A DNA stretch of 64,000 nucleotides from Squalus acanthias (GCA_030390025.1 CM059425.1:78616001-78680000), one strand, 5' to 3'. Shown: positions 1 through 12,515, numbered from the stretch's first letter. Numbers and translations: made by a program. The notes: generated by a model not told the origin, from the sequence alone.

Positions 1-1566
1 GTCAGCACACACTAGCACTGAACCAGAGACTTTCCTGGTTTCTATGACTCAATATCAAATCCTATGATAGATTTACCTACTGAGGTGTCAGAGAAAGACT
101 TCTTAATTTTTTTTTAAATGAGCTTGTTTCATTGCAAGTAATGAAATGGGTGATACAGCAGTTGAGTCTAGGATAATATTTCAGAAGGATCATAAGGAAT
201 TTAGAATTGCCCACACCAGCAGCGTATTCCATCTCTCGGGGCAAAGCTGTAAGACCACTTAGTTTCAGCAGAATGTATGAACAGATCTGTCACTGAGAAT
301 GATGTCAGCAGAGGGACCATTTTTCTTCACTTCACAGCTAATAGCTTCTGATTTTTAACACCAGCTTACTAAAGAGACAATTCTTCCTACTGACAGCCAT
401 CCCAGTGACTTATCTGCTCACCACACTTGAAATGAAATTTAGTAAATAATCAACATGTTGCTACTTTAGTCTATTGACTAAAACAGGTTTTATTCCAAGA
501 TTTTATGTTGATAGCACATCTACGCTGCCAACCTTTTCCTCCAATGTGTTGGCCAGCCTAAGTAGGTTAATTCTCTCTTTGTACTATTTTTGTTGCACAT
601 GTTAACGCATTAATGTAAATTCATGATTTTAATCTGTTGAAATCAAATACATTAACCTCTTTAATAAAGTCTATGAAAATGCTTTGGATGTGCTAAAAAT
701 AGAGCAAATGGACTGATCCCCACAGCAGCTTTAGGCACTAAAAGGGCTATGAGCTAAACAAACCTATCCTTTTTTAGTTTGATCTCAATCCCAAACTACC
801 TACATTGTATGCTTCAAATCTTTCTCTCTGCAGAAGCACATCTAGTTGATTCTTGAACCCATTTATGCTATTTATTTAATTAGCCTTTCCTAGTGACTTA
901 TTCTACAAGTCTATCATTCTTGTGATTTGAAAAAGGTCTTACCTGACTTCTCTTACCCCTAGCTTCTTAATTTTTAACTTGTGACCCTGCTACTTGAACC
1001 TTTCAGTGTGATGAACAATTTGCCTCAATCAAATTTGTCAATCCCTTTTCATAATCTTCAAAACTTCAATCAGGTCACCTTGGACTCTCTAGCTTCTTGC
1101 CTGGTATGCATTAGTGTGACCATTCTGGTTCCACGTGGTATTTAAGGTGGCTGCTGGGCTCCTGGAACTTCGCAGCCATGTGTTTTTTATTACATATTAT
1201 GCAAATAGCAGTCTATGAAGAACTATGAACCTCTGGAATCCCAAGGCTGTCTCATCAGTCCTGAATTTCCAATGTTGATACAATTATGTAAACAAATATC
1301 TGAATGCTTGCCTATGAATAGGGCTGTATGTTTCTCACAGTATGGACTTGTTGCACAGATTCTAAAGTCAGAATTTCTTCAAAGAATTTATAGGCCCTGA
1401 AGTTATTCCATTGCATACCAGTGTTCGAACACTTAAAATGTGTGTTGCAATTCCCCTTTCTGCAATTTTAGCAAAGGCGTAAACTTATTTCTTTTGAACA
1501 GGTTAATGTCTCAGCTAAAGTAGTGCAGAGATGAAATTCAGACAATGCTTCGAGTTGTTGGCCTAA

Positions 1567-1993
1567 TTTTATTCATTGTGTGTCACTGACAAGGCCAGTA
1601 TTTAATGCCCTTGGCAAATTGCCCTGAAAAGGTAGCGGTGGGCCGCCTTCTTGATCCACTATGTAGGGGTTTGATACAACTGAGGGCAGATGGCTGTTAA
1701 GAGTCAACCATGTTGATGTGGGACTGGAGTCATGTATAGGTCAGACCGGGTAAGGACGGCAGATTTCCTTCCCTAAAGGATATTAGTGTACCGAGTGAAA
1801 CAGTTGAGTTTTTATGACAATCCAATAGCTTCATTGTCACTTTTACTGAAACCAGCTTTTTATTTCCAGATTTTTTAAAACCGATTTCAAATTCTGATAC
1901 TGCCATGGTGGGATTTGAACTCATATTCTCTGGATTATTAGTCCAGGGCCTTGGATTACTACTCCAGGAGCATAACCACTGCACTAGCATACC
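1567..1993 (-). mobile_element. tRNA-headed SINE-like element (internal-deletion derivative of the tRNA-headed LINE)
   Basis: The minus strand starts with an A-box-like TAGTGCAGTGG, a duplicated anticodon-like arm and a B box GAGTTCAAATCC. The body matches 63200-63470, and the 3' tail matches the LINE end at 29010-29111. Confidence 0.8.
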
Positions 1994-2079
1994 ATTCAAT
2001 GCCATAGTACTTTACAGTGATTATTAGAAATTAACTTTATAGTCGTACAATTTCAGGTAAGTAGAATTCCTCATAGTGT

Positions 2080-2345
2080 GTTGGCAGCAGGTGCATGGGA
2101 ACACCATCACCTCCAAGTTCCCCTTCAAGTCATACACCACCCTGACTTGGAAATATATCGCAGTTCCTTCATCATTGCTGGGTCAAAATTCTGGAACTCC
2201 CTCCCTAACAGCACTATGGCAGTACCTTTACCGCAGAGACTGCAGCGGTTCAAGAAGGCGGTTCACCACAAGGGCAATTGGGGATGGGCAATAAATGCTG
2301 GCTTTGTCAGCGACGCCCACAACCCAGGAACGAATAAAAAAAAAA
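2080..2345 (+). mobile_element. 3' fragment of the tRNA-headed LINE family
   Basis: Matches about 28845-29111 and ends GCCCACAACCCAGGAACGAATAAAAAAAAAA. Confidence 0.85.
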
Positions 2346-2774
2346 GTGGGTGTCAGTGCATCCAGATAAGACACGGCTGTTTGAAGCAGCTTACGCTGCA
2401 GAAGTATAGAAACTCTAAAGTAGAGGCAGTTGAGAGAATGAGTGCAGGTAGGAAATTAGGGTATGAAAACTGTAGAAAACTGAAGCTGGGCAGAGAAGCA
2501 AAAAGAAACAATGATCATGGAGTGAAGGAGCATGAGGCAGAAAATGGAAAGCAGAAAAGGGGAAAACGGGGAAAGGAGAGAACGAAAGAAAGACATGATT
2601 AAATTAGAGGAGATATACTGGTGTGGAATTGGTATTTTTTAATTTACTTTTGCTTTGCTATTTCTGGTAATTGTTCGGGTTGTCATTTGACTGCCCTCCT
2701 CCCTCACTGCTTGAATGCTGTTGTGATGTATCAATGCAAGAATAAGAATTTTTAAAGTAAACGCTATATCAATG

Positions 2775-3145
2775 TACCATGGTTGCAGTGTGTACCATCT
2801 ACAAGATGCACTGTAGCAACTCACCAAGGCTTCTTCGGCAGCACCTCTCAAATCCGTGACCTCTTCCACCTAGAAGGACAAGGGCAGCAGGCGCATGGGG
2901 ACACCACCACCTCCAAGTTCCCCTCCAAGTCACACACCATCCTGACTTGGAAGTATATCGCCGTTCCTTCATCGTCGCTGGGTCAAAATCCTGGAACTCC
3001 CTCCCTAATAGCACTATGGGAGTACCTTCACCACACGGACTGCAGTGGTTCAAGAAGGTGGCTCACCACCACCTTCTCAAGGGCAATTAGGGATGGGCAA
3101 TAAATGCTGGCCTTGCCAGCGACGCCCTCATTCCATAAACGAATA
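2775..3145 (+). mobile_element. 3' fragment of the tRNA-headed LINE family
   Basis: Closely matches 28735-29105. Confidence 0.85.
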
Positions 3146-3192
3146 TTTTTTTAAATGTTGCAATTAGGCAACAGGTTAAATTCAGACTGGAG

Positions 3193-3310
3193 CAAAAAGA
3201 AAGACTTGCATTTATATAGCGCCTTTCACGACAACTGGACGCCCCAAAGCGCTTTACAGTCAATGAGGTGCCTTTTTTTTGAAGTGTAGTCACTGTTGTA
3301 CTGTAGGAAA
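3193..3310 (-). mobile_element. 3' fragment of Deu-domain SINE
   Basis: Matches 17075-17190. Confidence 0.75.
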
Positions 3311-3360
3311 GTCAGACAGTATGAAGACTGCCTGAATGAAAAGTTGGTTTAAACATTAAT

Positions 3361-4125
3361 GGGCCGGATATTCCGATCCCTACGGGTGGGTACGCGCTGT
3401 GTACCCACCCGTAGGGACATCGGAAATGCCGGTTTCAGGCATGCACTGCGCATGCGGTGGAAACCGGCATTTCCGATCTGTCAAGAAATCTCTTGACAGA
3501 TCCTCCGGCTGCCCAGGAGAAGGGCCTCTGCGGGCGGATAGTTCCGCTTTTTGGAGACCCTCCGCCCGCAGAAAACCCTTACAATTCTTGCGCCTGGTAA
3601 AAGCAGCCGTAAGGCCTGCTTTTACCAGGATAAGAGTTGAAAAAAAGTAAAAAAAAATAAAAAAATTTTTACCTCTGATTTATCATTTAAAAATACTTTT
3701 AAAAAAAAGTAAGTTTATTTTTAGTCCGGTAAAAAACTTTACTTATTTTTTTCAAAAATTTAAAGTTTTGTTTAAAATAGTTAATTTATTGTACTTTCAA
3801 GTCATTTTAAAAATGTGATTTTTTAAAAATTTATTTAAAGTTTTACAGTGTTTTTGGGGTGATCTCCATTCATATATTTGACAGGTCTTCCTGTCAAATG
3901 TATGAAGGGAGATTCCTTCTTTGATTGGCTCCCCATGGCCCACGTGATCCCAGGGATGCTGCTAACTACCTGCGCCTCTGGGATACGTGGGCCCTGCGTA
4001 CTTGGAGTTTGGAGAGGCCCAGGAGCGGAAGTGTGTGCGTCCCGGGAGCCCTCAGGTAAGGGCGCAGATTTTTCCAGATCGCAGGCCTCCGCCCGCGGGA
4101 GGCCTGTAATCGGAATATCTGGGCC
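3361..4125. mobile_element. Harbinger-type MITE
   Basis: TIRs GGGCCGGATATTCCGAT / ATCGGAATATCTGGGCC, 3-bp TSD AAT, GC-rich arms and an AT-rich centre. Confidence 0.85.
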
Positions 4126-4807
4126 AATAAATCTAGTTGTATTCTCCACTTGTTTGATTCTGGATTATTAGGATCGATAAGAACAATATAACACAAGAAC
4201 AATACAAATGCTTCAACATTCAGGAATCCGCTCAGGGTCAAAATATTCTTGGCAGATAATCATGGAAAATCATCCTGGGAACAAAATGAAATGCTCTAAA
4301 TAAAGCACCACTCTCCAGTCCACCTGTGATAAAGAGAGAGATGCTGCTGGTGTGTTTCTGTTGCTCATAATTGTTAAATATGATGTCTGTTTGAAATCAA
4401 AATAGAAAACTGGCACCTTTTCGTCAGCTCATTTCTCTTGCATGTGTTCACAACACCTTCAAAAACAAATTAGATAAAAGTGCCCTTTTGTTTTCTGAGT
4501 TTCTATTTGAAAGGCAGCAGGTGGTGATTGTGCTAACTGGCACCACTGGGTGACTGTAGTCAGCAGAAAGTTTGTGCAGCCAATAATAAATGCCAAGGCT
4601 GAGCAACAGCATTTATCTGAGTGCACATGCATTAATTTTACACATCAAACTTGTGACTTACTTTCCAACCGGTTCAGTACAGCAGATTTCAGTCTTGTTT
4701 TGTTATTCTTGGTTTTTATACAAAGTAGCATTCAGTGAATTTGGTCAGTTCTGACTCTTAGGACATGCTCAGCGCACGTTGATTGAAATGATGCAGCATA
4801 ACAATTA

Positions 4808-5465
4808 AACCCCGATTTTAACCTCCATTTCCCCCCCCTCCCCCCCATCCCGTGCACAACGGGAATGGCGCATGCAGGTGAGGGGGTGGTTAATTTAGGG
4901 GCAGAGTACTTACCTCCCCTGTCACACCACGCTGCCAGTTTAAATCCTGGATTTCAGAAGGCATCAGAAGTGATCGCCGCAGGCAGGTGAGGTCCTGATA
5001 AATATGCAAAAATCGATGTCCTCTGACTCAAATAGAACCCCGATGCGATTTGAACTTACCTGAGCCTAAGCCAGAGCCACCTGAGTAAACTTGCTGGAAA
5101 ACCGGATCAGGGCCAGAAGAGGTTCAGGAAGACAAGATTTTTTTTATTGGTTTCCATGTGGGCCAGGAGTGCTCCTCCTTGGGCCTCCCCTGCCCTGAGC
5201 CTCCCTCCTTCCCAAACCGTGATGCCCTCCTGACACTCCCCACAACCGCAACACTTGCCTGTTCCTACGGGTCCTCAGCAGTGGCCTCCTGTCGCCCAAA
5301 ATCCCACTTCCACCCACTGGATAATAGTGATTTCCCCCCTGGTTCAGACGGGAGACTCACATCTAACGTTGAAATGAGCCCCAGGAGTTAAATTCTCTCT
5401 CCGGGACTCACGTGCTTACCGTAGTCCTGGATGTTGCACCTATGCCCCAAGTTAATATTGGGGCT
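4808..5465. mobile_element. Degenerate Harbinger-type MITE
   Basis: Imperfect TIRs CCCCGATTTTAAC / GTTAATATTGGGG. The interior resembles 10430-10833. Confidence 0.55.
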
Positions 5466-5659
5466 TTTGAGTTTGTAGAACTTTTCAACACTAACACAGA
5501 GCCTTATGTAAAGCAATGTTAAGCTGTGCAATGTATATAGAAGAATAGTATTGTAATTCTGATTAATTTGGATCTTCGATCAAAGATGATTTTTCATAAA
5601 TCTGGATAAAATGTTTTTAAAAATGACCATGCGGTTTATGCAATAACAGAGAAGCTTCT

Positions 5660-6951
5660 TGCCCTGTACCCCAAGTCCACGTCATTAATGTATATCAAAA
5701 ATAGCAGTGGTCCGAGTACTGAAACTTGGGGAACACCACTGTATACCTCCCTCCAGTCCGAAAAACAGCCATTCACCACAACTCTCTGTTTTCTATCTCT
5801 TACCCAATTTTGTATCCATGCTGCTACTGCCCCTTTTATCCCATGAGCTTCAATTTTGCTAACAAGCCTAATATGTGGTACTTTATCAAACGTCTTTTGA
5901 AAGTCTATATATACAACATCAACTGCACTGCCCTCATCTACCCTCTCTGTTACCTCATCAATCAAGTTAGTCGAAAACGATTTGCCCTTTAGTAGTCCAT
6001 GCTTGTCCAAGTGGCTGTTAATTTTCTCCCAGATTATTGTTTCTAAAAGCTTCCCAACCACTGACATTAAACTGACTGGCCTGTAATTGCCAGGTTTATC
6101 CTCCTCCCCTTTTTTGAACAAGGGTGCAACATTTGCAATCCTCCAGTCCTTTTGGCACCACCCCTGTATCTAAGGAAGATTGTGGCCAGTACCTCCGCAA
6201 TTTCTACCCTTACTTCCCTCAGTAACCTAGGATGAATCCCATCCGGACCGGGTGACTTATCCACTTTAATTACCACCAGCCTTTCCAGTACCTCCTCTTT
6301 ATCTATTTTCATCTCATCCAGTATCCCAGCAACCTCCTTGTTTAGCATAGCCTTGGCATAGTCCTCTACCTTGGTAAACACCGATGCAAAGTACTCATTT
6401 ATTACCTCAGCCATGCCTCTGCCTCCACCAATAGTTTGCCATTTTGGTCCCTAATCGGCCCCACCACTCCTCTGACAATTCTTTTACTGTTAATATGCCT
6501 ATAGAAGACCTTTGTATTCCTTGTTATGTTAGCTGCCAATCTGTTCTCATCCTGTCTCTTTGCCCCTCTTATTTCCTTTTTCACTTCTCCTCTGCACTTT
6601 TTATATTCAGCCTGATTCTCACTTGTATTATCAAGCTGACATCTGTTATAGTACCCTTTTTTCTGCCTCATCCTACCCTCCAATTCCTTCGTCATCCAGG
6701 AAGCTCTGGCTTTGGTTGCCCTCCCTTTCCCCCTTGTGGGAATGTACCTAGACTGTACCTGAACCATCTCCTCTTTAAAGGCCGCCCATTGCTCCATTAC
6801 ACTTTTGCCTGCCAGTCTTTGACTCCAGTTTATCAGGGCCAGAGCCCTCCTAAATTCGCTAAAATTAGCCCTCCTCCAGTTAAGTATTTTTATTCTAAAT
6901 TGCTCCTTGTCCTTCTCCATAACTAATCTAAACCTTACCATACTATGGTTC
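5660..6951 (-). mobile_element. Internal CR1 LINE fragment (ORF2, frameshifted)
   Basis: ORFs 6402-6941, 6067-6414 and 5636-6121 carry KSPGPDGIHPRLL, NYRPVSL and [18 protein letters not shown]. Confidence 0.9.
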
Positions 6952-6974
6952 CATTTATAGGCAAAAGCTGTAAC

Positions 6975-8570
6975 GGTGCAAAATTGGGATTGGTAGCGCC
7001 CGTTGTTTGGGCGCTATGGCGTCCAATGTGCATGCACATACTTGTGGGGTGAATCGCGCTGGATGCCATATTGATGAGGGCATTCGCATGCGTGCAGCTA
7101 ACGCCTGCCAGAAGTATGTAGAGCAGGCAGATCATGACATGAAGGGAGGAGGCAACCTAGACAGCTCCTTTCTGCCCGAGCTCTCCGTGAAGAACTCATC
7201 CGAGTGCGATACTAGTAAATGCAACCCCAATTCCACATTCACCAATAGTCCCACACCTTACCTTCCCTCTGTCACTGACCATCACAGCATCCACTTGGCC
7301 ACAATGCTACAATAAAAGCCAACACAAAATAAGCATTCCAAACCAAATTTATAAATCAAATCATGCCATATTGTATACAAATATAGTGGCTGTAGCATGG
7401 CTGGTGGAAGGCTGCTGACTTTCAGTGGAAGAGATTGCAGGTGGTCTTGGAGGATGACCTCATGCAGCTCTGGGCATAGAAGGCTCGGCTGTGGACTGTA
7501 CCATCTCGGCATGAGTGGCAGCAGTCTGGGCTGGATGGCTGACCGGCAACAGAAAGGGCACTAGTGGACTGGCAGTGGTAGGAGGACAAATGCTGTCATC
7601 CTGAGAGAGGACAGCAGGTGCGTGCTCCACGGAGCCACTGCCACACCCCGAGGTGGCATCTCCGCAATCCTAGTAATCTGTTGAAGGACAGATTGCTGGA
7701 CTGCTGTGATGCCCTGCAAGCCCCTTTGAACACGGGGATCCAGAGCCATGATGGCAGCAGTCTGCGCTTCCACTGCAGCACTCAGTCGTTGGGTGGCTGC
7801 TGTTTGTACTGCAATGGAAGCTGAGACATTGGCCATCAGAAGATGCATCATGGTTGGATCCACAATTGTGCTAATGAACTTGCCCATCACTTCCATGCTG
7901 GAAAGGATGGGCTCCAAGCTCTGCGCAAAACCCTGTGCCAAGTTGGTGACGGACTCCTCCATGCTTCTTGACATTGTACAACATGATTTCTGGCAGGCTT
8001 CCCAATGCACCAAGCATTTCATTGTGCATACCCATCAGCCTTCATCTGTAGCCTGTCCCATCGAAGACCTCATCTGAGTCCTCTGCAGCAGAACTCGTGT
8101 ATGACCTTGCCCTCTGGTGAGCTGGCAGCTGTGCTGTCCTTGCCCCCTGCTCATGCCTATCGAATTTAGCCCCAGACATCTCTCCTCCTTTCCACCTCCC
8201 CTACCAAGACCTCCAGTGCAGTGTCTGAAAATCTTGGAGCCCGCTTTCTCCCCTGTTGTGCCATTTCTCACTCTTTCCCAGGTCAGAATCTCTTCAACCA
8301 TGACTTCCAGCACCTACTCCAGCCACAATGCACCTCCCCTTTAAGAGGCGCAGGCTAGCTTTAAGCAGTGCAGTCTAGCTTTACCTGCTCCTGGCCCCCT
8401 GCTGATGTGTCCAGCCAATGAACAGTACGGTCAGCGCTGGCTGGATGTAGAGATCATTTAAATGAGCAGGCAGCACGAAGTTGGTGTGCTGCCTGTATTA
8501 CAATCAACGCACGAGGGTTAATTGCGCATCACGATCCACGCCTGTTTTCGGAGGCTAACCAATTTAGCCC
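6975..8570 (-). mobile_element. Probable Harbinger remnant carrying decayed accessory-gene (coiled-coil) sequence
   Basis: Terminal CCAATTTAGCCC. The segment 8335-8570 resembles 53825-54044. The minus-strand ORF 7561-8022 is heptad-like. No clear TSD. Confidence 0.5.
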
Positions 8571-10085
8571 TCTTTATGTTAACAACCCGAGACCTTTCTT
8601 TAGTTAATTAAATTATGCATTGTGTCAAACTATTACAGCATTATTTTAGGCAGACAAATTGATAGCTTTACATTCAGTTTGGAGAATTGGAGGTGCTCTG
8701 CTGTTTTGAGTCTGATGTATAGAATGGGTACAGGTAGCACTACCTACTCCAATGCTACAAACAGATTAATGAGGAATGAATAGTTGCATAGTTTAAAGAT
8801 TGCCAAGTGAATGAATTTGCAGTGTTGACTTTGCCTGTTTGACATGCAGGGACTGGGATGGTTAACAGCTGTTGCTGACATAGCAGTATCTGTGATATTT
8901 AAAGACAGGAGGCAGGAATTCAGCAGCTGGTGTGACACCAGTGGTCTAACCCTAATTCCAGGACTGGAGGGAGTCTAGGGTGTTGTATGGAAAGCAGCCG
9001 TTTTTTTTTGTGCAGCAGTAACTGTGCATCTGGAATGTAACAGTCCTTTTGCAGCTGGTCCTTTGAGATATTGTGCATTAGCAGTGAGCCCAGTGATACC
9101 GTTATCAACGAACCACACCTTCAAACACTTTCTTAGAAATCCTGAACCGCTTTACTCCTACTCATGGCAGTTACAGTATGCATAATCATTAACCGATAGA
9201 TGTACTCATGCCAATTGTTGGTCTCGGGAGCAGTTCTATAATTTTACATTCTTTTAAAAGGTAAAATATATATTTTATTGACTGCTCTTTTGTGGCTCAC
9301 TCGCATTCAATTGTACAATGGATTAACACATATATAAATCATTCAAGGGGACATTATGTGCAAAAGTGGTTTCCTTTCATTATGCTTTGGATGATTATCT
9401 TTTGCTGTCAATACATGTGACACATCAGACGTAATCATTCCGCTTCCTAATGGTGTCCTGCCCACATTTTAGGGATGGGCAATAAATGCTGGCCTTGCCA
9501 GCGACGCCCACATCCCAGGAACGAATTAAAAACATTAAAAAAATTACCAATGAAATTCTGCTTTAGGAATTCAAACTTATCTCATGTAGTTTGTACAGTA
9601 TCGATGTCTACTTTTCGGCGGTAGTTGTAGAAACATGTTGCAGTCCTGCTGGAAGCCTGGAATTTCATTCACCGCTGCTTGTACAGGGTAGACATGACTA
9701 GTTCTTTTTATTAACTTCCTATAACTTTGTGCTTCTTACTCAAAGTTACAATACCGTGTAAATTGCTCCAAGTTATAGCATCTATTTGTTGAAATGGAGG
9801 AGCTCCAACCTCTGAAGAATTCTTCTACTGTACTTGAGTTTAACAGTGGCAGATGAGATTCTATATAGACGTTGCAAGGTACTGCATTTTGGAAGTAAAA
9901 ATAGGTGACTTGTGCTCAATTAACTCGTCACTCAGCATGTCAGAACCTTCTGAGGCTAAAGTAATCAAATGGAATGCTGAGCTATGTGGCCAAATCAGTT
10001 GAGTTCAACACCCAGAAGTCATAATGGAGACCTACAGTGCCCAGTTCAGGCTCCATGTGGGGGACGGTCCCCAGAAATTGGAAAA

Positions 10086-10405
10086 GATTGGGGCGTGGGG
10101 TGGTGGGGGGGAGGGATGGTGGTAGGTGTTTGTTGAAGCATGGCAGCGAGCAGGGAGGGAGGCAAAGATTGGGGCATGGTGGGGTGGGGGGGTGGTGGGT
10201 GGCTGTTGGAGCATGGCAGCGAGCAGGGAGGGAGGCAAAGATTGGGGCATGGTGGGGTGGGGGGGTGGTGGGTGGCTGTTGGAGCATGGCAGCGAGCAGG
10301 GAGGGAGGCAAAGATTGGGGCATGGTGGGGTGGGGGGGTGGTGGGTGGCTGTTGGAGCATGGCAGCGAGCAAGGAGGGAGGCAAAGATTGGGGCATGGTG
10401 GGGCA
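10086..10405 (+). repeat. G-rich 73-bp minisatellite (about 4.3 units)
   Basis: GATTGGGG recurs at 10086, 10167, 10240, 10313 and 10386 (period 73 after a diverged first unit). Confidence 0.95.
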
Positions 10406-10833
10406 TGGGGGCGGGAGTTGGCCAATCACGGCAGCGAGTAGAGGCCGCAGTGGGCGGAAGATTTGTTTAAGGGGCCAAGAAGAGCACTCCTGCTCCTCCT
10501 GGCTCACAAGCAGTGCTAGAAAAAACACTTACCTGCTTGATCCGGCTGCTCCTGTCTCCATTTAGCTGCTGGGTTTGGGAAATCTGGCTGGCCAGCATTA
10601 AATTTAAATCAGGTTCCCAACTGCACTGAGAGCCTGATTTAAATATTATAATGAGGTGTCCCATCTCTCCACGGCAGGACACAGGCACACCATGCAACCT
10701 GCTGCCGTAAAAATGGTGACTGGCGTGTACGCGGCTGGTTGGGGTCGTGTTAATGCAATTTAACATTTTTAAACCCCCCCCCCCCCCGGACCCTCTCTCG
10801 CCCATCGTGGGGGGATGGGTTAAAATTACCCCC
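10406..10833. mobile_element. Harbinger-type MITE arm adjoining the minisatellite
   Basis: Ends GGGTTAAAATTACCCC and resembles 4808-5465 in the opposite orientation. Confidence 0.5.
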
Positions 10834-11505
10834 AAAGTATCTGCATATCAGGGTGACAACTAAATAAGCTGTTTCTCCTCACCAAATCGGCTAAATTATA
10901 AAATGAAATAGTTTTAAGAATTCTAAAAGTGACAGAAAGCTATTTGAAAGCCTAGAGTCTCAAAGTACAAGAAGTTCCCCAGCAAGTAATCAAAACTGTG
11001 GTACTGAGCCATCTCTACACCAGTTCTAGAGTGGTACTATTGACATTGCCAGGCTAATGCCAGCACAGTGCCAAAACATTTATTGGGAAGAGACTGTTCC
11101 TTTATTTACCAATCCATTGTGGTTTTCAGATCTGTTCTTGTTTGTGCCCTGCCAATTGTGTTACTTAACAGTGAAGTGTTGGAAATAATATCTTGTCCTC
11201 TCATTACCCTTTCCCCTCTCCTCGCCCCCCCCCACCCCACCCCACCCCCCGAAGACTGCAGTGGATATTTATGTTATTTCATTCTGAAGTAAGACTTTAG
11301 TGTAGGCTTATAAAAAATATAACCACTAAATTATTCTTTTTATGCAAGCAAATATAAGGTATAGATCTACTGTTCTGTCATGGAATAACATTACTCGGGG
11401 CATAGAAAAATATATCAATCTTAGGTGAGTTTTGATGGTTAACCTTCATTACTGGAACAGATGAAAATGTGTCAAATTGCATTTTATGCTGCCAATTTTG
11501 ATTTG

Positions 11506-11596
11506 AATGAGAAGTCGCACAACACCAGGTTATAGTCCAACAGTTTTATTTGAAATCACAAGTTTTCGGAGCTATCGATCGCCCCTTCCTCAGGTG
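11506..11596 (-). mobile_element. 91-bp Penelope-like terminal insertion containing a minimal hammerhead ribozyme motif
   Basis: Flanked by the 12-bp direct repeat AATTTTGATTTG (11494-11505, 11597-11608). The minus strand reads TCAC-CTGAGGA-A-GGGGC(loop)GCTCC-GAAA-ACTT-GTGA. Confidence 0.7.
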
Positions 11597-12344
11597 AATT
11601 TTGATTTGGTTAGCAGGCAGAGAATTAACACTTTATCTTATTTTTCTAACTCTCTTCCCTCCTGCCTCCCTTTTGCTTGATCCTTTCCTGTATTTGGTGC
11701 TGAGCCCCTTTCAAATCTAGGAATTGCAGTTTAAACGGAGCACTGGATAATAGTATTCGACAAAGCCTTAACTTTATATTTTCGGGCAGTGGTGTTTTTT
11801 CCTACATTATTTTATCCCTGATTTCCTCTTCTATAGTCTCTCCATGTGCAGTCTCTCCACTTTCTGTCATTGGAAGGATAGGATGGCTTTCTAAAGCTGC
11901 CATTAAAAGGCCTGCAAGAGAGACAAGGGTGATTGGTCCTTTGATTTCTCCCCGTGGTTAAGTCCCCAACATCCCTGTACCACCCCTTAAAACATTAACT
12001 GTATTGTTACAGTAATGATAAATGTATCTTTACAGCTGTACACTAACTGAGCACTTGGCAACTTCAACATCCAACATTTGGGTGAAAAAAGTGGAAGTAA
12101 ATTTGAACTAATAAACTCAAAGAAAAGATTACATACTGGTCATCTCATGGAAAAACACCTCCATATTTCTTAATTTTACTGGACCTCTACATTAACAGCA
12201 CTTGTGTTTTTGTCTTTAATTGTTGCGATTAGTTCTGGTGCAAAATGAAAGCTGGAGCTTGATTAATGAAATGCCAGTGTTGCTTCTTTCTTCAAAGGCG
12301 TTTTTTAGCGTTTAAAGTGCATCATCCAGCAATGTGTCTTAATG

Positions 12345-12515
12345 TAGTGTCAGGTGATGATCACGTGCAGCCAGTACAAGGAGACCTTTGAGCTCATGTG
12401 ACCAGGACAGCTGGTGTTGCAGACAGTCAGAATGCATGTGTGCTGTGTATTTAGATGCACAAATGCGGAACTGTGAGTCACCGCAGCAGCTATAATATAT
12501 TGTTCGCAGCTGTGA
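12345..12515 (+). promoter_or_regulatory. Candidate enhancer/alternative promoter upstream of the spectrin coding exon
   Basis: Apparently non-repetitive sequence with clustered E-boxes (CAGGTG 12351, CACGTG 12362, CATGTG 12395, CAGCTG 12408 and 12507), TGAGTCA at 12474 and CTATAATATA at 12490. Motif evidence only. Confidence 0.3.

Noticed and set aside
2078-2602. 174-aa ORF
   Set aside because: Read-through from a LINE 3' fragment into purine-rich low-complexity sequence.
10086-10405. CRISPR-like array
   Set aside because: Head-to-tail tandem units with no unique spacers, in a vertebrate context.
9982-10565. Several 110-160 aa Pro/His- or Gly/Trp-rich ORFs
   Set aside because: Artefacts of the stop-free 73-bp minisatellite, open on both strands.
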